A stretch of 64,000 nucleotides of DNA, from contig JALSOH010000004.1 of the NCBI GenBank assembly GCA_026986575.1, positions 736,001 to 800,000 of the forward strand, given 5' to 3'. The notes below the pieces were generated by a model. It ran no database searches and was not told the origin of the DNA. It saw nothing but the letters and a program-made list of their open reading frames with translations. The DNA comes from Thermoproteota archaeon (GTDB taxonomy: Archaea; Korarchaeota; Korarchaeia; Korarchaeales; Korarchaeaceae). Shown piece after piece: positions 36,072 through 45,429 of the stretch. Position 1 is the first letter of the stretch. Every line of letters starts with the position of its first letter. The translations under genes were made by a program, and so were the position numbers.

Positions 36072-36845
36072 GTGAGTATGAATACAGAGAGGTTCAGATT
36101 CGATGTGGAACCCCTAGATTTCCTCTTGCCCCAAGGCATACTCAGGAGCAGCCTGATAGGCGTCTTCGGGGAGACTGGTACTGGGAAGAGCGTTATGCTT
36201 AATGAGATAGCGTATCGTACCCTCAAACGAGGTGATAGGGTCCTCATGGTCCTGCTAGAGGATACCCCTACCTCTAGACTGATGAACTTCGCTGCTCTGG
36301 GCTTTGATGTGATGGACTACGTGAGGAGGGGCAACCTTGAATTCCTAGATTGCTTCTCCTACAGGCTCAGGGAGAGGGGTATCGAACTGCCCGAGGACCT
36401 AGCTAAGGTCTTAGACGGCGCCAAGGGAATAGTGAGCGTTGAGGATCCTAGAAACTTGGACGCATTCTGGGATCAGATTGAAAGGGACGCTAGAAGCATG
36501 AGAGGGAGGGGAGTTGTCCTGATAGATTCGCTGACCGAGTTTCTGACGATAACTCCGGATCCATCCTCGCTCTTGGATTTGATGAAGATAGTGAAGGCAG
36601 TAGTGAGTAAGCACTACAAGGTCCCGGTAATATACACCTTCCACTTCGGGTTCTTCGATGACTTCAGGTACGTGTTGGAGGTTGCCTCTGACGGGGTCTT
36701 GGACCTCAGATTCAACCCAGAGGTGATAAAGAAACTCCTGATAAAACAGATGAGGGTAAGGAGAATGGGCGGATCTAGGCACAGGCCTGATTGGGTTACC
36801 TTCGATGTGGAACCCGGTAAGGGACTCGTCATCCTGAGGAAGTGA
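36072..36845 (+). CDS. KaiC/RAD55-like RecA-superfamily ATPase
   Basis: Walker A GETGTGKS, Walker B VLIDS, DGVLDLR, RRMGGS.H. Confidence 0.85.
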   Translation: MSMNTERFRFDVEPLDFLLPQGILRSSLIGVFGETGTGKSVMLNEIAYRTLKRGDRVLMVLLEDTPTSRLMNFAALGFDVMDYVRRGNLEFLDCFSYRLRERGIELPEDLAKVLDGAKGIVSVEDPRNLDAFWDQIERDARSMRGRGVVLIDSLTEFLTITPDPSSLLDLMKIVKAVVSKHYKVPVIYTFHFGFFDDFRYVLEVASDGVLDLRFNPEVIKKLLIKQMRVRRMGGSRHRPDWVTFDVEPGKGLVILRK

Positions 36846-36851
36846 TCTTGG

Positions 36852-37496
36852 TTGAGGAGCTCGATGAACGCTGCTAAAGCGATTCTGAGATCGAGAGGTT
36901 TCGAGATCATTGGGGAGAGAGTTCCCATTAGGAGGAGCGGCTTCGAGATAAGCGATGTGGACCTCATGGCCTCAAAAGAAGGTGAACTTTACGCGGTGGA
37001 GGTGAAGAGCGGCAGACTGGACGTCGGAGGGGTGAGACAGGCCTATGTCAATTCTCTCTTAGTTAATGCGAAGCCTTTGGTAGTCTGCAGGGGATTCGCA
37101 GATCCTTCGGCTGAGATCTTAGCAAAGGAGCTTGGAGTGGAGGTGATAGTGCTTGAGGACCTGTTCCTGTCCGACCCAGAGGAGTTGAGATCCATCATAA
37201 GGGAGGAGATAAGGAGAGGAATTATGGAAGTATTACCTGCAGTGATCAACCCTCCCGAACTTGAACCCACGGACTTAGATGTGCTGAAGGCGATAGCATC
37301 CACGGAAGAGTTCAGAGACGCAGCTGAGAGCCTTAAGATCAGTGAGGACGATCTAGGCAGGGAACTGGGCAGGATGAGGCTTCAGGGGAAGATACCTAGG
37401 TGGGTGAGGGATTACTCCGAGTTGAGGGAGTGGGCCATCTCCCTCCTGAAATCCCATGGGGTAACTTTTTCTCGTAGGTCCGTAGATAAGAATTGA
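36852..37496 (+). CDS. PD-(D/E)xK (RecB/YraN-like) nuclease with a C-terminal HTH
   Basis: SDVDL...YAVEVKSG...RQAY. Confidence 0.75.
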   Translation: MRSSMNAAKAILRSRGFEIIGERVPIRRSGFEISDVDLMASKEGELYAVEVKSGRLDVGGVRQAYVNSLLVNAKPLVVCRGFADPSAEILAKELGVEVIVLEDLFLSDPEELRSIIREEIRRGIMEVLPAVINPPELEPTDLDVLKAIASTEEFRDAAESLKISEDDLGRELGRMRLQGKIPRWVRDYSELREWAISLLKSHGVTFSRRSVDKN

Positions 37497-38080
37497 TGAG
37501 GGCGATTCTGATAATCGCTGCAGTGCTTATCGTCCTAGGTGCTGTCCTTCTCCTCTTAGGAACCTCCTTAAGCCCTCATAAATCTCCCGAGACCACTTCG
37601 GGTGCTGGTGGAGGTGGGAGTTTGCCCTTCACCTTGAAGTCCGTGTTCGCGAATGGCGAGAGGATCCCGATCAAGTACACCTGCGATGGGGAGGACATAT
37701 CCCCTCCCCTGACTTGGGAAGGTCAGCCCGAGGGCGTCGTGAGCTACGTGTTGATAGTGGAGGACCCCGATGCCCCGATGGGCACATTCACCCACTGGGT
37801 CATGTACAACATCCCGAGCAAGCTGACCTCGCTACCGGAGGGGGTCCCTAAACAGGGGAAGACAGAAGTCGGCTTGCAGGGGATCAACGATTTCAGGAGG
37901 ATAGGTTACGGTGGTCCCTGTCCTCCGCCCGGGAAGCCCCACAGGTACTTTTTCAAGCTGTACGCCCTTGACTCCACCTTGGACCTGCCCCCGGGTGCGA
38001 GGAAGAGGGATGTCACCAAGGCCATGGAGGGTCATGTGCTGGCCCAAGCCCAGCTCATGGGCATCTACGGCAGGGGCTGA
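37493..38080 (+). CDS. YbhB/YbcL (PEBP) family protein with an N-terminal membrane anchor
   Basis: YTCDG.DISPPL.W, DPDAP...FTHW, GPCPP..KPHRY. Confidence 0.92.
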   Translation: MMRAILIIAAVLIVLGAVLLLLGTSLSPHKSPETTSGAGGGGSLPFTLKSVFANGERIPIKYTCDGEDISPPLTWEGQPEGVVSYVLIVEDPDAPMGTFTHWVMYNIPSKLTSLPEGVPKQGKTEVGLQGINDFRRIGYGGPCPPPGKPHRYFFKLYALDSTLDLPPGARKRDVTKAMEGHVLAQAQLMGIYGRG

Positions 38081-38274
38081 TTCTTCCCATCACCCCTTTT
38101 TTGGTGGAGTACTGCGATCAGCGAGACCAATGGGACGCCAGCTTACCGGCCATTCTCTTCATAATTGACCTTTATTTAACCAGCGTCAGAAATATAGGTT
38201 CCCTTGGAAACCACTCTTGGAAAAATGAGATCATGGGTTAAGGCTTTATTTTATCGACTGGCCGCTAGGCTCAA

Positions 38275-39591
38275 GTGATTCTCATGGGCAGACTCTCTAG
38301 AGAGGATGTGATTCGATTTTCCGACCAGTATATGATGACCAACGTGGCTAGGTGGTGGAAGGACGATCCAGTGGTCATAGAGTCAGGTAAGGGGGCGATT
38401 CTCAGGGATATGGATGGGAGGGAGTACATAGATCTCCATGCCATGCATGCGGTCGCCTCTCAGGGTTACTCTCATCCCAAGATAATTCAGGCGGTTAAAG
38501 AACAGCTTGAGAAGATTTTCGTGGTAGCGACTGACTTTTATAACGAGCCCCAAGCTCTCCTCGCCAAGAAGCTTGCTGAGGTAACCCCTCCAAATCTCAA
38601 GAGGAGCTTTTTCGTGAATTCAGGGGCGGAAGCGGTTGAGACAGCCACCCTCCTTGCCAAGAGGGCCACCGGAAGGCCTGGAATCATAGCTCTGTGGGGT
38701 GCCTTCCACGGCAGGACTCACATGCCTAGGACCCTGACGGGTTTCTCGAAGTACAAGAAGGGCATGGGTCCCTTTCCATACGGGGTGGTGCATCTCCCCA
38801 ACTACTACTGCTACAGGTGTCCCCTCGGCTTGGAGTATCCGAGTTGCAACCTACAGTGCGCTAGAATGCTCGACGATGCCTTGAAATATGCTGCTCCTGA
38901 GGAAGTAGCGGCCTTCATTGCGGAGCCCATTCAAGGTACAGCCGGGAACATAGTTCCCCCGCCTGACTACTTCAGGATAGTCAAAAACATCCTCGATCAG
39001 TACGGCATCCTCTTCATCGCGGACGAGGTGATCACTGGCTTCGGTAGGACCGGGAAGCTCTTCGCTATAGAGCACTTTGGGGTGGAACCAGATATAATGA
39101 CCATGGCCAAGGCTCTCGGGGGAGGATTCCCAGTCTCCGCGGCTATAGCTAGTGAGGAGGTGGGCACGGCCTTCAAGCCGCTGGATCACTACTCCACTTA
39201 TGGAGGCAATCCGCTCGCTATGGCAGCGGCCCTCGCAGCAATAGAGGTGATAGAAGAGGAGAACTTGGTGGAGAAGTCGGCTAAAAACGGAGAATACATG
39301 TTAAAGAGGCTCAAAGAGCTTATGGACGATCACGAGTTGATAGGGGAGGTGGACGGCAAGGGGCTGCTCATTGGCTTAGAGCTCGTCAAGGACAGGGAGA
39401 CGAAGGAACCAGCAGTGGAAGAGACGGCCAAATTCAGAATAGAACTCAGGAAAAGGGGTGTTATAATAGGCCCACCGGGATGGACTGGTTCGAGAATTAG
39501 GATAAATCCACCGCTCGTGATCGCTAAAGAGCAGATAGACCGCGCGATAGAGGCCATCGACGAAGCGCTCACAGTTGTAGAGAGGGAATGA
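38275..39591 (+). CDS. Class III aminotransferase (GABA/ornithine-AT-like)
   Basis: NSGAEAVE, FHGRT, EPIQG, DEVITGFGRTG, PLP Lys in MAKALGGG, STYGGNP. Confidence 0.92.
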   Translation: MILMGRLSREDVIRFSDQYMMTNVARWWKDDPVVIESGKGAILRDMDGREYIDLHAMHAVASQGYSHPKIIQAVKEQLEKIFVVATDFYNEPQALLAKKLAEVTPPNLKRSFFVNSGAEAVETATLLAKRATGRPGIIALWGAFHGRTHMPRTLTGFSKYKKGMGPFPYGVVHLPNYYCYRCPLGLEYPSCNLQCARMLDDALKYAAPEEVAAFIAEPIQGTAGNIVPPPDYFRIVKNILDQYGILFIADEVITGFGRTGKLFAIEHFGVEPDIMTMAKALGGGFPVSAAIASEEVGTAFKPLDHYSTYGGNPLAMAAALAAIEVIEEENLVEKSAKNGEYMLKRLKELMDDHELIGEVDGKGLLIGLELVKDRETKEPAVEETAKFRIELRKRGVIIGPPGWTGSRIRINPPLVIAKEQIDRAIEAIDEALTVVERE

Positions 39592-39880
39592 TTCTCGTCA
39601 GCCTAACGCTAACAATTTTTTACCTTTTATCGCTCTTTGTCGATACGAATCTCGGACTTATTTATTGACTTTTTTACAACACAGTTCTTTGCGTAAATTT
39701 TATTTAGTTATAAATTTGTATAAGGTAAATTGACCCAAGCATATGGCCTTTATCCACCTATAAGAAAAACGTTTTTCTCCGTTTTCAGCTCATATTGAAT
39801 GCTATCCGAGACCCACTATAGGAGAGGCTTTATATTTTATCGAATCTCGTCAGGTTAACACCTTAGGGGGTGTTACCCTA

Positions 39881-41266
39881 ATGGATACGAAGACATGGAT
39901 CTTGGCTATCGTGTTACTGATTGTGGGTCTACTGGTAGGATATTTCGCTGCAGGCCCAGGTCAGGTTAAGACTGTCACCACCACTAAAATGGTGGAGAAG
40001 ACCGTCACCGTCACGAAGACGGTGGCTAGCACGACTTCTCAGCCAGCCCAGACTACGACTGCCCCTGCTAAAAAGGTTGAAGTCAAGGTCGGTATTCTGC
40101 TCCCCTTGTCGGGAGGTTCCGCTTTCTCCGGACAGGAGGATCTGAGGGGAATCCAGCTGGCTGCTCTTCACATAAATCAGAGTAAGTATCCCAATATCAA
40201 GTTCACGATGAAGCTCGTGATCGCAGATACCCAGACCAAGCAGGATGTGGCCGTTACGGAGCTAAGGAGGCTCGCTCAGGAGGGAGTGGTCGCGATAATA
40301 GGTGCTTATAACTCTGCAGTTACTTACCCGTCTGCCGCCGAGGCCGAGAGGATCGGGCTACCCTACGTCGTCCCTGAGTCTGTATCAGATAAGATTACCG
40401 CCCAGGGATGGAAGTACGTGTTCAGGACCTGCGCTAACGCTAGCAAATACGCTTACGACACCCTTTGGGCCATGGCCGACATCGCTAAGGCCAATGGTGT
40501 GGAGGTCAAGTCCGTGGCCCTCATATACGAGAACTCCGACTTCGGAGTCACCACTACAGAGGGACTGAAGAAGTACCTGAGCAAGTTCTTCCCGAACGCT
40601 AAGATTGTGCACGAGGAGAGCTACCCAGCTGAGGAAGTAACGAGCATGGACGACATGGTTGCTAAGCTCAAGGCCGAGAACCCTGACATAGTGTTCCACG
40701 TAGCTTACCTGAAGGACGCTGTCCTCTTCGTGCAGACCATGAAGAAGCTCAACTGGTACCCGAAGGCCTACGTGGGTGCTGGTGCCGGTGGACAGACCAG
40801 GGTGGAGTTCATTCAGCAGCTCGGCGCTGATGCCAACTATGTATACACCCAGACCGAGTGGCAGCCTGATTTCCTGAACTCCAAGGCCCTCGGAAAGTGG
40901 GCTTGGATAAATGACGACTTCAAGAAGCTCTATGGAAGAGACATGGTCGGTAGCTCTGCTCTCAACTATGTGGGGACCTATGTGCTTGCTGTGGCCATTC
41001 AGAAAGCCTTGGATTCCGGAGCTAATCCCAACGACATAAAGGCGTTCAGGAAGGCCGTAAGGGACGCGCTTGAGACCATCAAGATACCCGCGGGTGAACT
41101 CCCACTCATGCCTTGGGGTGTGGATCTCACCGTACCGAACCATCAGAATCCAGAGGCTGCAGTGGCAATGGCCCAGATACTTGAAGGCAAGTTCAGGGTA
41201 GTCTGGCCCATAGAATTCGCCCCAGTGAAAGCCGTGTTCCCTGCTCCATCGTGGGGGAAGAGATGA
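39881..41266 (+). CDS. Branched-chain amino acid-type ABC transporter substrate-binding protein (LivK-like)
   Basis: N-terminal TM, Thr-rich linker, VGILLPLSG, IIGAYNS, ENSDFG. Confidence 0.9.
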   Translation: MDTKTWILAIVLLIVGLLVGYFAAGPGQVKTVTTTKMVEKTVTVTKTVASTTSQPAQTTTAPAKKVEVKVGILLPLSGGSAFSGQEDLRGIQLAALHINQSKYPNIKFTMKLVIADTQTKQDVAVTELRRLAQEGVVAIIGAYNSAVTYPSAAEAERIGLPYVVPESVSDKITAQGWKYVFRTCANASKYAYDTLWAMADIAKANGVEVKSVALIYENSDFGVTTTEGLKKYLSKFFPNAKIVHEESYPAEEVTSMDDMVAKLKAENPDIVFHVAYLKDAVLFVQTMKKLNWYPKAYVGAGAGGQTRVEFIQQLGADANYVYTQTEWQPDFLNSKALGKWAWINDDFKKLYGRDMVGSSALNYVGTYVLAVAIQKALDSGANPNDIKAFRKAVRDALETIKIPAGELPLMPWGVDLTVPNHQNPEAAVAMAQILEGKFRVVWPIEFAPVKAVFPAPSWGKR

Positions 41267-41287
41267 AATTTCCCCACAAAATCCAAC

Positions 41288-41296
41288 TTTTTCTTT
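41288..41296 (+). terminator. Oligo-T tract between the binding-protein and permease genes (possible partial terminator)
   Basis: TTTTTCTTT downstream of the stop codon. Confidence 0.4.
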
Positions 41297-41331
41297 CATC
41301 TTCTCCGTAAATTCCAATTAGAATTGGAGGG

Positions 41332-42228
41332 ATGGTAATGATTGAGTTAAGTGCGTACACACAATTGCTCGTTTCATACGCAATCTTGGGAGGGGTCTAC
41401 GGTCTTACCGCGCTAGGGCTCTCACTTATATGGGGTGTGATGAAGGCTGTTAACTGGGCTCATGGGGACTTCCTCATGGTTGGCATGTACACAGCTTTCT
41501 GGACCGTAACGCTATTCGGGATAGATCCTTACATAGCTGCTATAGTTGCTTTCATCCTGCTCGGCCTGATAGGAATGGCGACGCATATAATAGCTATAGA
41601 ACCTGTGGTGGAGAAGCCTGGCGGCCATGAGGCTACACTCCTCACTACCCTCGGCATATCGGTGATTTTGGAAAGTTTGGCCTTGATTCTCTGGTCTCCC
41701 AGCCCTAGATCCTATCAGAATGTGTATAAGGACACTTTCCTAGAGGTATTGGGTATAAGGACCAGTGTGGCCGAGGCGATAGCATTCGTGGTATCTATAG
41801 CCTCAATAGTAGCTGTGGACCAATTCCTCAAGAGGGTCAGGATAGGCAAGGCCATCAGGGCCGTATCCCAGAATCCTGTGGGCGCAAGGGTCGTGGGTAT
41901 AGATGTCCCCAAGATCCGATTAATGACCTTCGGACTCGGAGTGGGCCTTGCGGGAATGGCTGGAGTATTGGTCTCCACTTTCTATCCTAACATAAGGCCC
42001 CTCGCAGGATATGTGTGGGACATCGCGTCCTATGTGGTCGTCATCTTCGCTGGGTTAGGCACGATATACGGGGTCATCTTCGCCGGGATAATAATAGGAG
42101 TCACGGAAGGCTTTGGGACGATTGTATTCTCCAATGCCTTCAGACAGATTCTGGTATATGTTGTCTTCCTCGCCGTCCTCCTGCTCAGGCCACAGGGCCT
42201 ATTCGGTAAAGCATTGAGGAGGGTCTGA
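41332..42228 (+). CDS. livH: Branched-chain amino acid ABC permease
   Basis: ALGLSLIWGVM..VNWAHG, GKAIRAVSQN, LLLRPQGLFG. Confidence 0.9.
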   Translation: MVMIELSAYTQLLVSYAILGGVYGLTALGLSLIWGVMKAVNWAHGDFLMVGMYTAFWTVTLFGIDPYIAAIVAFILLGLIGMATHIIAIEPVVEKPGGHEATLLTTLGISVILESLALILWSPSPRSYQNVYKDTFLEVLGIRTSVAEAIAFVVSIASIVAVDQFLKRVRIGKAIRAVSQNPVGARVVGIDVPKIRLMTFGLGVGLAGMAGVLVSTFYPNIRPLAGYVWDIASYVVVIFAGLGTIYGVIFAGIIIGVTEGFGTIVFSNAFRQILVYVVFLAVLLLRPQGLFGKALRRV

Positions 42229-42229
42229 C

Positions 42230-43204
42230 ATGGGTTTGGAGCTGAAATTCACCAAGAAACTGATTATAGCTGCCCTACTTCTGATAATAGGAGCGATCTT
42301 CCCTTTATTCGCGGATGAATTCCTAGTTTCCATTCTGATGCAGGCCTATCTATGGGCCTTCTTGGCCATGAGTTGGGATGTAATAGGAGGCTATGGTGGT
42401 CAGTTCTCCTTGGGACACGCCGCATTTCTAGCCCTCGGAGCATATACCTCAACCATACTACTTCAGGGCTATAATGTATCCCCATGGGTAGGAATGTGGG
42501 CTGCTGGAGTGGTTGCAGGGGCGGCCGGAGCCTTGGTGGGAATAGCCTCTTTGAGACTCAAGGGACCTTTCTTCGCCCTCGGTACCATAGCCTTCGCCGA
42601 GCTGGTGAAACTACTGCTCCTTTACTTCAAAGGGATAACTGGGGGACCATTAGGGATACTCATAACTAAGAGTGGACCGGAGAACATGCTCTTTGAGACC
42701 CAGACACCCTATTACTACCTAATGTTCGTCCTCATGCTGGCTGGAATACTCTTCCTGAAGTGGTTTGAGTCCTCTAGATTCGGTATAGGGCTAGTGGCTG
42801 TGAGGGAGGATGAAGAAGCAGCTGAAGGTGTTGGGATCAACGTTTATAGGACAAAGGTTATAGGCGCGGCTATAAGCGCTTTTCTGACGGGAATCGGGGG
42901 AACGATCTACGCCCAGTGGATACACTTCATAAGACCAGATATTCTGGTCAAGTTGGAGTACTCTACTCAGATAGCAGCGATAGACGTAGTTGGTGGTGCA
43001 GGGAGCCCGTACGGTGGATTAATCGGCGCTTTGATCTTGGTGCCGCTCTCTCTATACCTGAATGCTCTCTTCGGTGGAATGATCGCTGGTCTAAGCCTCA
43101 TACTATATGGAGTGGTTCTGCTCATAGTAGTGGTCATGATACCCGGAGGAATATACGGCCTTCTCAGAAGGAGGCTAAGAAGAAAACTTCCTGATCAGAG
43201 GTGA
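42230..43204 (+). CDS. livM: Branched-chain amino acid ABC permease
   Basis: GGQFSLGHAAF, LRLKGPFFAL, AVREDEEAA. Confidence 0.9.
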   Translation: MGLELKFTKKLIIAALLLIIGAIFPLFADEFLVSILMQAYLWAFLAMSWDVIGGYGGQFSLGHAAFLALGAYTSTILLQGYNVSPWVGMWAAGVVAGAAGALVGIASLRLKGPFFALGTIAFAELVKLLLLYFKGITGGPLGILITKSGPENMLFETQTPYYYLMFVLMLAGILFLKWFESSRFGIGLVAVREDEEAAEGVGINVYRTKVIGAAISAFLTGIGGTIYAQWIHFIRPDILVKLEYSTQIAAIDVVGGAGSPYGGLIGALILVPLSLYLNALFGGMIAGLSLILYGVVLLIVVVMIPGGIYGLLRRRLRRKLPDQR

Positions 43205-43941
43205 GGGTGATAGAAGTGCTGGAAGTCAAAGGTGTGGTTAAGAGGTTCGGGGGTCTCGTGGCCTTAAACAAGGTGAGCTTATCTGTCAAAGAAAGGGAAT
43301 TCTTAGGTCTCATCGGACCCAATGGATCCGGCAAGACGACGCTGTTCAACGTAATTACCGGGTACTATAGGCCAGAGGAAGGCAGGGTATACTATAGAGG
43401 AGATGACATCACTGGGCTCAGACCCCATCTCATAGTTAAGAAGGGTATTGCTAGGACCTTCCAGATACCTAAACCCTTTGGTAGGCTAACAGTTCTCGAG
43501 AACGTCATGTCAGCAGCAATGTACGGTAGGAAGGCCGCATCTAGGAGCGAGGCTAAGGAGATAGCCATGGACTGGCTCGAATACGTTAGGCTGAAGGAGA
43601 AGGCCGATGTGGAGGCCAAGGCCCTCAACATAGTGGAGAGGAAACTTATGGAGCTAGCTAGGGCGCTATCCACTGGCCCGGATCTCTTGCTTCTTGATGA
43701 GCTGGTGGCCGGTCTCAACCCGTCCGAGATGATGGAGGTCGTGAAGCTCGTCAGGAAGCTGGTGGATGAGAGGGGGCTCACCATAATAATGGTGGAACAT
43801 GTGATGAAAGCGGTGATGAGCATCTCGGACAGGGTGTTCGTCCTTCACAGAGGCGCGAAGCTGGCGGAGGGCAGTCCTCAGGAGGTCTCGAGGGATCCGA
43901 AGGTCATCGAGGCCTACCTAGGGGAGCCGATCCAAGTGTGA
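43201..43941 (+). CDS. livG: Branched-chain amino acid ABC ATPase
   Basis: GPNGSGKTT, GIARTFQ, LLLDE, VEH, VIEAYLG. Confidence 0.92.
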   Translation: MRVIEVLEVKGVVKRFGGLVALNKVSLSVKEREFLGLIGPNGSGKTTLFNVITGYYRPEEGRVYYRGDDITGLRPHLIVKKGIARTFQIPKPFGRLTVLENVMSAAMYGRKAASRSEAKEIAMDWLEYVRLKEKADVEAKALNIVERKLMELARALSTGPDLLLLDELVAGLNPSEMMEVVKLVRKLVDERGLTIIMVEHVMKAVMSISDRVFVLHRGAKLAEGSPQEVSRDPKVIEAYLGEPIQV

Positions 43942-43950
43942 GGTGGTAAC

Positions 43951-44658
43951 ATGCTCCTCGAACTTCAGAAGATAAATGCCGGATATGGGGACCTGCAGGT
44001 CCTCTGGGATGTCGACCTCTCCGTGGACAAGGGGGAGATTGTGAGCCTGCTAGGGAGCAATGGAGCCGGGAAGACCACCACTCTAAGGGTAGTCTCGGGT
44101 CTGCTGAAGCCCTTCAGCGGGAAGGTGATGTTCAACGGCCGGGACATCACGAAGCTGCCTAGCAACAAGAGAGTTGAGATGGGCCTGGCCTTGGTGCCTG
44201 AGGGGAGGCAGCTCTTCCCGGAGATGACCGTGCTGGACAACTTGGAGATGGGCGCGTACACTAAGAGGGCTAGGGACAAGTTCCACGACACGCTCGAGTG
44301 GGTGTTCACCCTCTTCCCCAAACTGAAGGAAAGGAGGACCCAGTTAGCCGGAACAATGAGCGGCGGGGAGCAGCAGATGCTCGCAATAGCTAGAGGGCTG
44401 ATGAGCAGGCCCGAGGTTCTCATGATGGACGAGCCCTCCATGGGGCTAGCGCCCAAGCTGGTCTTGGAGATATTCGGGACGGTTAAGAAGCTCAGAGAGG
44501 AGGGGGTGACCATCCTATTGGTGGAGCAGAATGCCAAGGCCGCGTTGGACGTGTCTGACAGGGCTTACATCCTAGAGACTGGTAAGATAGTTCTCCATGG
44601 ACCGGCGCAGGAGCTTCTAGGAATGGATGAGGTGAGGAAGGCCTACTTGGGCATTTGA
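43951..44658 (+). CDS. livF: Branched-chain amino acid ABC ATPase
   Basis: GSNGAGKTT, VPEGR, MSGGEQQM, DEPSMGLAP, VEQN. Confidence 0.93.
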   Translation: MLLELQKINAGYGDLQVLWDVDLSVDKGEIVSLLGSNGAGKTTTLRVVSGLLKPFSGKVMFNGRDITKLPSNKRVEMGLALVPEGRQLFPEMTVLDNLEMGAYTKRARDKFHDTLEWVFTLFPKLKERRTQLAGTMSGGEQQMLAIARGLMSRPEVLMMDEPSMGLAPKLVLEIFGTVKKLREEGVTILLVEQNAKAALDVSDRAYILETGKIVLHGPAQELLGMDEVRKAYLGI

Positions 44659-44672
44659 AGAACCCCTCCTCC

Positions 44673-44679
44673 TTTTTCT
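44673..44679 (+). terminator. Oligo-T terminator after the liv operon
   Basis: TTTTTCT about 15 nt downstream of the stop codon. Confidence 0.45.
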
Positions 44680-44760
44680 CGGTATCGACCTTCCAATACG
44701 GGACAGGCGAATCGAACCCGATCAGATAGCTTATAACCCATCACCGCCCAACCTGATTGT

Positions 44761-45072
44761 ATGTTGACCCTCAAGCCGAGCAACCCTGAGATGGCGAAGG
44801 CTTTGGTGGACTTCGCTCAGGGGGTTCAGAGGTCCTTCGGGGACAGGCTGGTCGCCCTCTACATAGCGAGGCACCCGTCCATCGAGGTCGACGGCTACAA
44901 CGCTTTGGTCGTCTTGAAGGAGGTCAGGCCCGGTGATCAGGAGCTGGCCATCAAGCTGGCAATAGAGTCGTGCAGGGAGCTGGATCCCGAGGATCAGATA
45001 GCTCCCCTAGTTGTGGAGGAGGATGAGCTTGAGGAGGGAGAGATCCCCCCAGAGTTTCGCAGAAAAGTCTAG
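44761..45072 (+). CDS. Degenerate minimal nucleotidyltransferase (MNT)-like protein
   Basis: FGDRLVALY...NALVVL...IAPLVV fold pattern; overlaps the HEPN gene. Confidence 0.6.
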   Translation: MLTLKPSNPEMAKALVDFAQGVQRSFGDRLVALYIARHPSIEVDGYNALVVLKEVRPGDQELAIKLAIESCRELDPEDQIAPLVVEEDELEEGEIPPEFRRKV

Positions 45073-45391
45073 GCTGCTATTACAACAAGCCGAGCTTGAT
45101 CTCTCCCACGGGTGCTTCGAGAAATCTGCAAGCGCCTCCTATTTCGCGGTGGAGAACGCTCTCAACGCGCTTTCCCTAGGGAGACAGGGGAGCCTCCCCA
45201 AGGGATACAGGAGCAGGCTGGCCCTGATGGGCAGGTGGTTTCCTGAAGAAGCCACGGAATTCGATCGGATGCATAGGGTGCGTGTGAAGGCAGATCACTG
45301 GGACGATCTCATCCCTGAGGAGGATGCTAGGAAGCAGCTGGAAAGTGCCAAGAAGCTAGTGGAGAAGTTACTTTCCCTGCTCTCTGAGTAG
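45023..45391 (+). CDS. HEPN domain protein
   Basis: AELDL..G.FE.S.SASYFAVENA, RVKADH (Rx4H), C-terminal A..LVE helix. Confidence 0.8.
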   Translation: MSLRRERSPQSFAEKSRLLLQQAELDLSHGCFEKSASASYFAVENALNALSLGRQGSLPKGYRSRLALMGRWFPEEATEFDRMHRVRVKADHWDDLIPEEDARKQLESAKKLVEKLLSLLSE

Positions 45392-45429
45392 GCAGCTCTG
45401 GAACCCTATTTTGACTCTGACCTTCACCT

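Noticed and set aside
40385-41317. 310-aa antisense ORF within the ABC binding-protein gene (also 8340-9017, 14976-15587 and 34775-35419)
   Set aside because: Typical antisense shadows of codon-biased genes.
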